A DNA stretch of 64,000 nt. Source: a virus. The first letter of the stretch is position 1. Each line of letters begins with the position of its first letter. The stretch is from positions 4,947 to 68,946 of IMG/VR virus record IMGVR_UViG_3300025645_000060. One strand, written 5' to 3'. Of this stretch, positions 31,623 through 41,140 are shown in pieces. Both the position numbers and the translations under genes were made by a program. The notes beneath the pieces were generated by a model. That model had not been told where the DNA came from. It saw only the letters and a list, made by a program, of their open reading frames with translations, and ran no database searches.

Positions 31623-31943
31623 ATGAACACAGAAAGAGAAACAAGAACAAAAGACGTAAGCCTATACTTTGATTGGGATGGTGGAGTGGAAATATCTCAA
31701 ATGAAGAAAGATCTAGATGACGCACTGAAGCTAGGAGCAACCCATATGTATATAGGAATAGAAGAAGGATGGGATGAGGATACCAGTATGCTAGAAGTGT
31801 CAGCAACATACGAAGAATTAGAGACAGATGAGCAGTACGAACAAAGAATAGCCCTACTGAAACAGGGAGAAGAAAAGGCAAAAGCCTACGACCTCAGAAT
31901 TCTAGCTGAACTGAAAGCTAAATACGAAACTGAAATTCAATAA
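31623..31943 (+). CDS. hypothetical protein
   Basis: ETDEQYEQRI...LAELKAKYE, a common phage protein ending. Confidence 0.65.
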   Translation: MNTERETRTKDVSLYFDWDGGVEISQMKKDLDDALKLGATHMYIGIEEGWDEDTSMLEVSATYEELETDEQYEQRIALLKQGEEKAKAYDLRILAELKAKYETEIQ

Positions 31944-31965
31944 TCAAACCCAAAAAATCTCAGAC

Positions 31966-31998
31966 GCCCTACCGAATTATATTTGGTGGGGCATTTTT
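31966..31998 (+). terminator. intrinsic terminator
   Basis: GCCCTACCGAA/TTTGGTGGGGC stem plus T-tract. Confidence 0.7.
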
Positions 31999-32321
31999 AT
32001 ACATCCCTCGCAATAATTAGCCCAAATTCCCATATAACGGAATACCTGGCAAATACACCCCAAAATATATAATTCCAACTAATTAAGCGAACGCAGTATT
32101 ATATTCTGAATACACTGAATATAGCAGTACAACCTCAACACACACCCCTTTTTTACCCCTACCCTTTTTGGAAATGAATCAGAAAAAATTTTAGGATGGG
32201 GTAAAGGGCGATAGATCTTTTCTTGAGGTATCAACACCCCAAAACAAGAGTAATAAGGTCTTTATATAGGGTTATATGGCGACCACACCGTATTATTATG
32301 ATGTGATCGCCAGGTATTGCC

Positions 32322-32705
32322 CTATTTTGTTCTGTTTGAACATTCTCGGTATGCATTTAATACCTTGTTTTGACTACTTATTAATCTATCTTGAGCACTT
32401 CGGTCGTTTGATAGTTCTAGTATTCGCCATGCATACCTTTCATTTTCTTGCTTCAGTCTGCTAATTGTGGCGTCTCTTTTGCTTATCTTATCGCTTAATA
32501 TATCTATGTCATCTTCTAGCACTTCTATATTATCATTTCTTTCTTGTATCAATGCATTAAGACTACTTACCTCTGCATTTCTATATCTTAGCGTCTTAGT
32601 CAGCTGCGCCTCTGACTTAGATAGTAGAGTGTTTTCTCTCTGAAGTTCTTGTATCTTACTACTTATGTTTGTTAGTTCCTCAATTACTTGCTTGATTATA
32701 TTCAT
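32322..32705 (-). CDS. coiled-coil hypothetical protein
   Basis: Heptad-rich ORF. Confidence 0.6.
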   Translation of the reverse strand: MNIIKQVIEELTNISSKIQELQRENTLLSKSEAQLTKTLRYRNAEVSSLNALIQERNDNIEVLEDDIDILSDKISKRDATISRLKQENERYAWRILELSNDRSAQDRLISSQNKVLNAYRECSNRTK

Positions 32706-32761
32706 TGTATTGTTTATTTAGTTGTTAATTAATTGATTGTTAGGTTATTGTATGCGGTCAG

Positions 32762-32959
32762 TTAATCAACTGCTATATGTGTAACTTGGCTTCCTGCTAG
32801 TTCACATAATACCACCGTTACATCATACGCTTTTCTTGCCTTAAAGAGTCTTGCAGCCTTATCTCTAGCTTGTATGCTAGTACTAGCATATACGTCAAGC
32901 GTTTTGCCCTTATAGAATGCCTTGTATCCGTTTAAGTTGTTATTGTCTGTATTAGTCAT
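32762..32959 (-). CDS. small phage early protein
   Basis: NGYKAFYKGK...VYA...KAARLFK...VTVVL. Confidence 0.6.
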   Translation of the reverse strand: MTNTDNNNLNGYKAFYKGKTLDVYASTSIQARDKAARLFKARKAYDVTVVLCELAGSQVTHIAVD

Positions 32960-33497
32960 ATTAGTAATTTTTTGAAAAATGAAAATTTGTTTTCTTGTGT
33001 AAATTCTTACATATACCCTTATTAATTAAATTGTATTGTGTGTTATATAGGTGGTGTGTATACTCTTTATGGTTGTGTATTGTCTTATAGTACTGTGGTA
33101 TTCATTTTGCGCTATATATGGACTCCGTTGTATTCTTATTATTGTACTTGTATTGTATACATTGTTATCTGTTACCGTTTCCCTTGTATTGTAGGAGTAT
33201 CTATCTTTTATATGTATTGTTTCTCCCTTAGGTAGTTTTGAACAGCATTCTTTTCAGTTTTTACCCTTTTTTTTCTCTAATTTGTCAAAGTTTACCTTTA
33301 TTTCATTCAACCATGCTAATTTCTCTATTTGTAACTCGAGTATAGCGCTATCTATTTGTTTTATACGCTCTTTTGATATGGTAATTTGTGCCCTAATTAA
33401 TATGTTATTTTCCATTTTTTCACTTATTTTTGATTATTAGATAAATTGGTACGAATATTAAAAATAGTATTATATCCATGTTTTTAAATTTAATAGG

Positions 33498-34148
33498 TTA
33501 ATTGATTAGATATTGGTTATTTTGTGCGGATAGCCATATGATTGCTTGGTACTCAAAACCATAAATCCCGATTTTTTCAGCCTTTTTAATGGTTAATTTC
33601 TTAATTTGGTCATATGCTAACTTCCCTATTGCTGCGGATTTTATACTTTTTAATTCTAATAAACAAGCTCTAATATGCCAAATATCCACAGTAACATTAG
33701 TACTATCTAAGTGTGCAATATTTCTAACAAAATTATAAGTCTTTCGGCTATCTTCAGTTATTGCAATTTCTCCACGTCCTAAAGCGAATGCCTTAAATTT
33801 ATTTTTATGGAAAGTGCATACTTTCACATCTTCAGCATTCTTTCCCTCTTTTATAGCCTCTAAGACTGTAATAGCATCTTTTAAGTTTTGTATCCATTTG
33901 TTACGTGGTGAAAGTGATGATACTATAGAGGCTACTATTAATGGTGTCGTATTGTATATTTTCGCATTCTCTACACAAAATTGATTCGCTTGCTCATACC
34001 ATTTCTTGCCATTCGCTTGATCTTCTAATGTAGATGCGTTAAATATTATATCTAAGTTTTTAGATATTTTTGATAATTCGTATTTTGTTAGTTTTTTCAT
34101 ATCCTTTCTTTTTATGTTCTTTTTTTTATGACTGGTAAAAACTCCCAA
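33498..34148 (-). CDS. DUF7178-like protein (possible HhH-glycosylase-like fold)
   Basis: GKKWY...SSLSPRNKW.QN...KTYNF...VTVDIWH...QAIIW. Confidence 0.55.
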   Translation of the reverse strand: MGVFTSHKKKNIKRKDMKKLTKYELSKISKNLDIIFNASTLEDQANGKKWYEQANQFCVENAKIYNTTPLIVASIVSSLSPRNKWIQNLKDAITVLEAIKEGKNAEDVKVCTFHKNKFKAFALGRGEIAITEDSRKTYNFVRNIAHLDSTNVTVDIWHIRACLLELKSIKSAAIGKLAYDQIKKLTIKKAEKIGIYGFEYQAIIWLSAQNNQYLIN

Positions 34149-34581
34149 TCTTTACATACATTTCTGCTTTCATTTTCCTATATTCTTTTTTCTGGTAATT
34201 TGTACCAATTTGGTTAGTTGGTATATATATTGTTTTTTTATTATCTATATTGTATATGGCTTCTTGGTTATTTTCCATACCTTGAATTATTGCCGTCTTA
34301 AGATCCTGTATATTTGTAGAAATATCAAAAATACATATTTCTTTATCTATCCAAAGACCAAAATATTTATCTTTTTTTAAGTTGTAAGCATACTTAAAAA
34401 TGTAACTCTTTAGTAAAGGTTTAACATCTTCAATAGATGTTATTAATTCGCTACCCTTATCGCTCACCATATACCCACTTTTAGGCACTAAATAGTTACC
34501 TTTTGCGTCGATTAAATTAGGATTAAATGATATACCCTTATTGTCAATGATGTACTTTGCTACTTGTTTTAAATTCCTCAT
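34126..34581 (-). CDS. hypothetical phage protein
   Basis: GYMVS...FGLW...FDIS...NQEAIY. Confidence 0.6.
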   Translation of the reverse strand: MRNLKQVAKYIIDNKGISFNPNLIDAKGNYLVPKSGYMVSDKGSELITSIEDVKPLLKSYIFKYAYNLKKDKYFGLWIDKEICIFDISTNIQDLKTAIIQGMENNQEAIYNIDNKKTIYIPTNQIGTNYQKKEYRKMKAEMYVKIGSFYQS

Positions 34582-34914
34582 TTTTAAAAGTTTTATAAAT
34601 TAGCTAACTACCAATTATAATTCAAATATCGTATTAATATCTGATATATTCTAGTTATTGCGAAAAAAAGATATATTTTTATTATTGTAATATGTTTTGA
34701 TCATATACACTATATAAAGGAACACACACGCACGTAACTAAAATTTTCACATATGCAAATATTTCTTTGCCTAAATTTTGCCGTTAACACATATGAATTT
34801 ATACAATATGATGAATCCAATCTACTTAGTGTACATTTGACACTATCCTTAGTGTAGATCTCACACGAACCTGGTTGTCCTAGTATCTCTATCGTCAGAA
34901 AATGCAGCCTCGTT

Positions 34915-35021
34915 TTCCCTAGAAAGCCCATTGGGCAAATTCCCTAGAAATCGCTCTGGGCAAATTTCCCTAGAAAGTCCGTTGGGCAAATTTTATTTCC
35001 CTAGAGATCGCATTGGGCAAA
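34915..35021. repeat. four 25-bp tandem repeats TTCCCTAGA(A/G)A-N6-TGGGCAAA
   Basis: Units start at 34915, 34940, 34966 and 34997. Confidence 0.9.
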
Positions 35022-35390
35022 AGTTTGTTTTTGTTATTTTATTACTATATTTACACAATAAACAACATAAAATTAATTGAGATGAAAAGAAATATAACGG
35101 TAGAACACTTCGATCACGTATACTTAGAGTTAGTTGGAAGTGCGTATTACGGTAACGATTGGGATAGTCTGTTCTACTTTAGAGTTCCTATAGATAAGAT
35201 TGAGTGTTGGTTAGTTGGTAAGGGTCTGGTAGGTTCTGTTTCAGTTGATGCTCTGAACGACGATGGTGATCACACTACTTACGAATCTGTTGTTACTATG
35301 GGTGACTATATGGATGAATACTTTGATGATTCTGTTCTCTCTGAGTACTTGAGTGAGCATAATATTCAGACTGTGATACCTAGCGAGTGA
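35013..35390 (+). CDS. acidic hypothetical protein (real start likely the downstream ATG, MKRNIT)
   Basis: ORF; weak similarity to 54954-55253. Confidence 0.55.
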   Translation: MGKSLFLLFYYYIYTINNIKLIEMKRNITVEHFDHVYLELVGSAYYGNDWDSLFYFRVPIDKIECWLVGKGLVGSVSVDALNDDGDHTTYESVVTMGDYMDEYFDDSVLSEYLSEHNIQTVIPSE

Positions 35391-35581
35391 TTCTAGCGAT
35401 GTTATGCCAAAACATATACTATCATGCCACAGAACACAAGAAAGCCCCTTAGATCGTGTCTGAGAGGCTCAATTGATGTTTGCTGTGAGTGAATGGTTGC
35501 TATCTTTGTCTTGTGTGTATGGTATTAGTGTTTGTTTGTTACTAACATATGGTTCAGTTTACCATACTCTCTAGAAAATCG

Positions 35582-35699
35582 AGTTTGCAAATATTTTCCA
35601 GTTTGCAATTTTTTTCTGGTTTGCAAAATAATTCCAGTTTGCAAATCTTTTTCAGTTTCCAATTTATTCTCAGTTTGAAAACCTAGTTTGAAAATTATT
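35582..35699. repeat. 18-bp-period tandem repeats AGTTTG(C/A)AA
   Basis: Units start at 35582, 35600, 35618, 35636, 35654, 35672 and 35685. Confidence 0.85.
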
Positions 35700-35703
35700 C
35701 CCG

Positions 35704-35970
35704 CTAGAACTTCCACTTTCCATTATGACCCTCTTCCTCTAGGTCGAATACCTCCGCAGGGTTGGTTAGGTCTACTTCCTTAATCTTATAGGCTATAGGC
35801 ATTTTTAAATGCGTATCAGATAGATCTTTTGGATCAAGTTCTGCCAACCATGTCTTGCAAAATCGTTTAGCTGGAGTACCTAGACATATCATTCCATCAT
35901 TATCCCTAGAATTTGAGATCACTTTGAATAGGTTCTCTAGTACTTCCTGGTTTACTGTTACTCTTTTCAT
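35704..35970 (-). CDS. hypothetical protein
   Basis: ORF. Confidence 0.55.
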   Translation of the reverse strand: MKRVTVNQEVLENLFKVISNSRDNDGMICLGTPAKRFCKTWLAELDPKDLSDTHLKMPIAYKIKEVDLTNPAEVFDLEEEGHNGKWKF

Positions 35971-36028
35971 TTCAGTTTATTGTTTAATTGATTATCGTGC
36001 CTAGAGGCGATAAAATTCAGTTTGAAAA

Positions 36029-36412
36029 TTATTTTATAAGTTTTAATTCCTCACCAGTTAGTGCGAAGTATAGGTTTTGTAGTTGGTGTATGTATTTGAG
36101 CCTCATCAAATAGTTCCCATCAAGGAAGTATTTTTCTCCATCTGGACTTACTGTTAGTTCTCTTGATGACTCCCCTAGTATGTACGATGGTTCTATTTCC
36201 ATTGTTATCTTGTAGCCCACCCCAAAAAACCGATTTTGTGTTACAAGCCCAAACTTCAATAGCCAATCTTTAGTAATGGGTATTGGTTCATAGAGTTGAG
36301 ATGGCTCACCTAAAGTGTAACATATATTACTTATTGTCTTAGGGGATACGGTTAAAGTACTCCCCATAAATTTAATTTTATTCCCTATCCTTAATTCTGT
36401 TGCTTTAATCAT
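36029..36412 (-). CDS. Bacteroidota phage YopX-like protein
   Basis: ATELRIGN...EPIPIT..WLLKFG...YIHQLQNLYFALTGEEL. Confidence 0.7.
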   Translation of the reverse strand: MIKATELRIGNKIKFMGSTLTVSPKTISNICYTLGEPSQLYEPIPITKDWLLKFGLVTQNRFFGVGYKITMEIEPSYILGESSRELTVSPDGEKYFLDGNYLMRLKYIHQLQNLYFALTGEELKLIK

Positions 36413-36451
36413 GAGTTCCTATATTCTATTTTGAGTTTGAAAATTATTTGT

Positions 36452-36486
36452 AAAAAACGGAGCGCAGGGCAAACCATACACGCTCC
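36452..36486 (-). terminator. intrinsic terminator
   Basis: GGAGCG/CGCTCC stem plus U-tract. Confidence 0.6.
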
Positions 36487-36534
36487 TAGAAAACTACATT
36501 AATCAATCTCAATGATTAATAAATCTTATATTTC

Positions 36535-36819
36535 TTACTGACCATCATGCCATCCCTTATCATACGCATCATCCATATCTTTCTCAGAGTATCGGATCTT
36601 ATATTTCTTAGCCCATTTTCTAACGACATCTTCTCTTAGTACTGACCTGTGAGGCGTGTACAATCCTCCAAAATCTGGCTCTAAAAACCTTTTCTTTACT
36701 TGTGGAATCCAAGAAAAACGAAGCTGATGGTAATGTTCTAACATCGTTATAGTCTCCAAGTCTCCTTCTTCCCTTGCTTTCCTTATTCTTGCGTTTACTT
36801 CCTTTGTGGTTGGGTACAT
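36535..36819 (-). CDS. hypothetical protein
   Basis: ORF. Confidence 0.55.
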   Translation of the reverse strand: MYPTTKEVNARIRKAREEGDLETITMLEHYHQLRFSWIPQVKKRFLEPDFGGLYTPHRSVLREDVVRKWAKKYKIRYSEKDMDDAYDKGWHDGQ

Positions 36820-36900
36820 AGTTCAGTTTTTAATACATATCATCGTCAAAAAACATGGCGAAGAATGCTATGATAAAAATCAATTGTATCAATTCAATCA

Positions 36901-37062
36901 TTAGTTCTGCAATTTAAGGTTCTCGGACTGAACCATACCCTTCTCGTCAATGAGATGTCCATACTTCTTGTATATAGCTTCATATGTTACGTCATATACT
37001 TGACATAACTTATGTACGTGTACTTCGTTTGTGTATACTCTTAATTTTGAATTAGATGCCAT
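36901..37062 (-). CDS. 53-aa protein (not in ORF track), paralog of 53436-53633
   Basis: Both contain YKKYGHLIDEKGMV. Confidence 0.75.
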   Translation of the reverse strand: MASNSKLRVYTNEVHVHKLCQVYDVTYEAIYKKYGHLIDEKGMVQSENLKLQN

Positions 37063-37067
37063 AATTT

Positions 37068-37553
37068 TCAGTTTTTAGGGTTTTTAATATTAGTTAAGTT
37101 TATGTACAAGTCAGAATCTATTGGCGACCAACTACCATCTAGCTTCTTGCACTCCATCCCAACAGAACCAACCAAGCTAAATGTCTCTCCTATATCAGAA
37201 AAGCCGCCTTGCACAATGTTGCCCCATGGGGAAACTACTCCACCTTCTCCACATTCAGAATTAATCGTGTTGATATTGTACTCGTGTATTCCTAATTCCA
37301 TAGATTCGTCTAAATCATCTGCAATTAACACGAAGCTAACTTTATTGCCATCTGGCATTATTCCTTCGACATTCACTTTGAATCGGTAACCACCATAACA
37401 AAACACTTTTTCCTCTGCGTATACAATTGGATCATAAATGGTGTCTCCAGCGACATAAATAAAGTTGTCTTCTAGGTGATCATTATTTACACATGACGAC
37501 ATATTGATAACAAACCATGAGGCTAGGAATATTGTAATAAATAATTTTCTCAT
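37068..37553 (-). CDS. lipoprotein
   Basis: MRKLFITIFLASWFVINMSS|C lipobox. Confidence 0.7.
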   Translation of the reverse strand: MRKLFITIFLASWFVINMSSCVNNDHLEDNFIYVAGDTIYDPIVYAEEKVFCYGGYRFKVNVEGIMPDGNKVSFVLIADDLDESMELGIHEYNINTINSECGEGGVVSPWGNIVQGGFSDIGETFSLVGSVGMECKKLDGSWSPIDSDLYINLTNIKNPKN

Positions 37554-37595
37554 TTCTTTAGTTTTTTAAGTAAATAATCATCTACACTTATTTTA

Positions 37596-38165
37596 TTATG
37601 ACCAAGGATCAATTGGAAATCCTTGATGCTGTAATTCTTCTCTTTGCTCGTCTGTCATTTCAACGCCATTGTATTCAGCATATGAGATGTAAGAATCCTC
37701 AACCTCTCCATCATTCGATATTTCGACATTCTGAACCAAAGACCAATCGTACTTGTTATTCTCACTTACATACTTGTCAATCCATGACTTCTCCGCATCG
37801 TTTACTTCATATACAGAAACTTCTACCTTCTCAGAACCTGCACCAATAGTATGACCCTTTAGAGTCTTTCTAGACCACTCCTTGCAGAAGTTCTCCGCTT
37901 GTTTTATAGTTTGAAAAATTAATTTGGCAGTTGAATGTGTTTCCTTTTTTACTTTCATCGCATCCCATCCGTTATTTACAGCAACGTCACTCCAGAACGC
38001 ATTCTTCTCTTCAGTTTCTGACCAATTAAATGCGCCAGACAAAACATCGCCTAAATTATCACGTAAACTTGGTGCATCTAATGTACCTTCTGCTCTTGAG
38101 TAATATATTGCTCTTCCACTTAACTCTTGTGGCAATTCTAGTAACCAATCTTTAACCGTTTTCAT
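37596..38165 (-). CDS. hypothetical protein, likely a fusion of small domains
   Basis: ORF with AFNWSET...FW and DSYISYAEYNG..MTDEQ motifs. Confidence 0.6.
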   Translation of the reverse strand: MKTVKDWLLELPQELSGRAIYYSRAEGTLDAPSLRDNLGDVLSGAFNWSETEEKNAFWSDVAVNNGWDAMKVKKETHSTAKLIFQTIKQAENFCKEWSRKTLKGHTIGAGSEKVEVSVYEVNDAEKSWIDKYVSENNKYDWSLVQNVEISNDGEVEDSYISYAEYNGVEMTDEQREELQHQGFPIDPWS

Positions 38166-38249
38166 AACTCTTAGTTGTTTAGTGAGTTGTAAATATAGTA
38201 TAAGTTTTCACTTTATCCTAACTTTTAAACAAAAAAGATGCAAAAAACA

Positions 38250-39593
38250 TTAATTTCTTCTTCTAAGACCTACTTTTCTTTTAACTAATCTTCTGAATCC
38301 GTATCGTGAGGCATCAAGCAAGTGATTCCATGTGTCAATTGGAATATCACTTTTCTTATCGTTCCACTCGTAGTTATTTAATTCAGATTTTAGATTATTG
38401 GAGTTGGGGTCTACAATTATCAAGTATTGCTTCATCTCTCTTATGTCCTCTACAATGATGTTTTTGACCGCTTTCTGTATGTTATACCCACTCTTTTGTA
38501 TTCTTTTTATAGTCCTCCCTTCATTCGTGTCACATACAATCAATGAAACCTTACTTATACCTACCTTGTGAAGTTGGTTCTCTACCTCGTCCAACTCAGT
38601 TTCGTAGATATATTCTTTAAGATAAATCTTCCTCTGCCTTCTATCTACAGCAACTCGGACTACTGCTAAAGGGTCTGCATAGCCAAAATCTAGTCCATAC
38701 ACAGATGGTATTCGTTCATTAAATTTTCCTTCTATCCAATTGTCAAATATCACCCCTTCAGCCCTTTCCCTCCATCCACCTATATAATTCTTGTAGTAGT
38801 GGCTATCGTGCCGTATGATATTCAGTTCATTGATTAGTTCAATTTCACTCCTTACCCATTCATCTTTGGACTTAGCTAACCTCTCGTTTAGTTCCTCTAA
38901 GTAGCTGTTCGCTTTACTTAACCAATCTTTAGGTAAGTAACCCAGTTCCTCTGCAATATGATAAGTAGTGTGTATGTGTTCAACGGATGGGTCATTTGAC
39001 ATTGTGACATTAAACCCATGCACAACCTTTTGTTTGCTCTTAGGTCTTATCCATTTCTGATATATGAAGTGTTCTTTGGTAGTAGGATTCATTATCCATA
39101 TAACTCTGTTCTGTTTTTCTGAAGAACGAACCGAATCATCAATAATGTTAAATTTAGCTTCATCCTTGAAATCCTCACCTTCCTCTACTACCCATGTTGT
39201 TATACCATGTATAGACTTTAGGTTTGCAGTCTGATCACCACTAGATGTATTAATACCCCTAAATAGGATAAATGATCCATTGGTCTTATTGGTCGCTCGG
39301 TCTGCTGTTATGTGGAAGTCTCCCTCTACCCCTAACCTTTGTACACAAGCCCTAAATTCTGGTATAATAGAATCATTCGCTGAACGGAGTATGTACCTGG
39401 TAAACAAGATACCATGCCCAGCCTCATATGATAGTCGGACGACAAAATCATGCGTTGTGGACGACTTCAAACTACCCCTACCACCAGTAAGTAATATATA
39501 CCTACGTTTTGTAGTATACATAGGCTTAAATGATATATGGATAGGTATTGTCTTTACATCATTCTCTTCTGTAAGCAGTGGATCATATCCCAT
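38250..39593 (-). CDS. terL: terminase large subunit, PBSX family (phage A)
   Basis: GGRGSLKS Walker A, WVVEEG Walker B, MNPT, GLDFGYADP and NHLLDASRY. Confidence 0.95.
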   Translation of the reverse strand: MGYDPLLTEENDVKTIPIHISFKPMYTTKRRYILLTGGRGSLKSSTTHDFVVRLSYEAGHGILFTRYILRSANDSIIPEFRACVQRLGVEGDFHITADRATNKTNGSFILFRGINTSSGDQTANLKSIHGITTWVVEEGEDFKDEAKFNIIDDSVRSSEKQNRVIWIMNPTTKEHFIYQKWIRPKSKQKVVHGFNVTMSNDPSVEHIHTTYHIAEELGYLPKDWLSKANSYLEELNERLAKSKDEWVRSEIELINELNIIRHDSHYYKNYIGGWRERAEGVIFDNWIEGKFNERIPSVYGLDFGYADPLAVVRVAVDRRQRKIYLKEYIYETELDEVENQLHKVGISKVSLIVCDTNEGRTIKRIQKSGYNIQKAVKNIIVEDIREMKQYLIIVDPNSNNLKSELNNYEWNDKKSDIPIDTWNHLLDASRYGFRRLVKRKVGLRRRN

Positions 39594-40201
39594 TATTCCT
39601 CTTCTTCTGTTTCACCGCCAATCCAAGAGATTAATGGTATGTTCTGTTTGCCTTTTGTGAGTTCTCCTGCATCCTTTCTCCAATGTTCGTCATCATTCTC
39701 TAGCCTGCGAGTAATAAGCCCCTCAGATGGCTTAATATACTGTTGAGCGATTTTCACTTCCTGGGCTACCCACTCTTCCTCTCCCTTCATGTTTAGGACT
39801 TTCACCATCTTCTTAGACTCCAAGTCAACAAAGTAACCTTCCATTAGTCTCTGGGCAGAGCTTCTTGCTGTATTGCGCTCAGTTTGCATCCTCAACTCTT
39901 TCTTCTGCGACTGAGCATCCTCAATCATCCTTGCAATCTCTTTATTGTCTCGCTTCCAATGATGCAATGTTGATCTTTGAAAATTCATTTTAGATGCGGC
40001 ACTATCCATACTTTCTCCATCAGATAAGTATATAGCCACAAATGCCTCTACAACCTCTTTCTTGTGATCATTAGACAGGGTTATACCTTTGCATGGCATT
40101 GGAATCCTAACACCCTCAGTTGTAGGCAATCCATCATTACTTATAGATGGTACTTGTACGGTATACCTTCTTACCGTTTTTCTCTTATATTTCTTAGCCA
40201 T
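39593..40201 (-). CDS. terS: terminase small subunit (phage A)
   Basis: HTH (FQRSTLHHWKRDN); coupled to terL. Confidence 0.75.
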   Translation of the reverse strand: MAKKYKRKTVRRYTVQVPSISNDGLPTTEGVRIPMPCKGITLSNDHKKEVVEAFVAIYLSDGESMDSAASKMNFQRSTLHHWKRDNKEIARMIEDAQSQKKELRMQTERNTARSSAQRLMEGYFVDLESKKMVKVLNMKGEEEWVAQEVKIAQQYIKPSEGLITRRLENDDEHWRKDAGELTKGKQNIPLISWIGGETEEEE

Positions 40202-40216
40202 ACACTTAAAGCTTTT

Positions 40217-40474
40217 TTAATTCATACTGTACGTTACACCACCATCGTAATATATCTTGTACAATGAAGATAATTGATCGTAATCTTCGTTAACTATTAG
40301 CACTGTATCATCTCTTAATACTAATTTACAGTACTCCAACTCATCAGATAGTGGCATATTTAAAGATGGCATATACTCTTGCACACTTAACACATCAGAC
40401 ATATGCATAACCAATCTGTTGGAATACACATTGTTTAAATCATCCCAACTCATATTAACAACTTCAATTACCAT
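40217..40474 (-). CDS. hypothetical protein
   Basis: ORF. Confidence 0.6.
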   Translation of the reverse strand: MVIEVVNMSWDDLNNVYSNRLVMHMSDVLSVQEYMPSLNMPLSDELEYCKLVLRDDTVLIVNEDYDQLSSLYKIYYDGGVTYSMN

Positions 40475-40479
40475 ATTAA

Positions 40480-40683
40480 TTATTTGTCTGAACGAAATAA
40501 ATTTATAATCCTCAACATAAGCTTACCTAACTTTATCCACTTAGATAAACTAAACCACCTCAATGGGCTATACTTCCCTCCAGGGAACACAATGACAACA
40601 CCTTCCATTACTATATTAAGTACCAACACGAATAAAGTATCCTTCTCTAAAGGTGACATTTCATCTACTTTCCTATATTTCAT
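40480..40683 (-). CDS. small amphipathic protein, paralog of 60009-60227
   Basis: FPGGKY...W..LGKL shared; overlaps the stop of the upstream gene. Confidence 0.7.
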   Translation of the reverse strand: MKYRKVDEMSPLEKDTLFVLVLNIVMEGVVIVFPGGKYSPLRWFSLSKWIKLGKLMLRIINLFRSDK

Positions 40684-41108
40684 ATTTCTATTATTGTTAT
40701 AGTTGTTTTATTTACGTTCATATCCTCCATTACCTTCTGCATCCTAACTTTAGTAGCCATCGAGTTCCTTACGTCTGGTTCATTATCATCATCTATCTTG
40801 ATATGCATATCTCCAACAAGTATACATCCTTCTATCTGTCTAAAGAAATTACCTTGATGTATCTTAACCTCAGACCTATTGGGTACTTGCTTCAGTTCCC
40901 AAGAATACCCAAATTTAGGGGAGTACTCCAATACAATTGGATAAGTTCCTTCTGGCACACAAGAAATGTCCTTCCTATTGTTTCTCCACGCTAATTCTAA
41001 TGTTTTGCACTTAAACAGTATCTTCGCTCCATGCATTATATATAGATTACCCAACTTTTGATGTGGATGATCCTCTGATCTAACTAATAAGAATTGTGTT
41101 ACCTCCAT
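40680..41108 (-). CDS. DUF5675-like putative peptidoglycan-acting enzyme
   Basis: CKTLELAW..N....SCVPEGTY...VPNRSEVKIHQGN...EGCILVG. Confidence 0.75.
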   Translation of the reverse strand: MEVTQFLLVRSEDHPHQKLGNLYIMHGAKILFKCKTLELAWRNNRKDISCVPEGTYPIVLEYSPKFGYSWELKQVPNRSEVKIHQGNFFRQIEGCILVGDMHIKIDDDNEPDVRNSMATKVRMQKVMEDMNVNKTTITIIEI

Positions 41109-41140
41109 TTTGTGATGATTTTATTCCGTAAAACTACAAA

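Noticed and set aside
34915-35021. Mini-CRISPR array
   Set aside because: Variable parts are only 6 nt and no cas genes are present.
35525-35716. 63-aa ORF with LQT repeats
   Set aside because: Probably a by-product of the 18-bp DNA repeat.
36459-36486. c-di-GMP-I riboswitch (CAGGGCAAACCA)
   Set aside because: The rest of the aptamer is missing; it reads as a minus-strand terminator.
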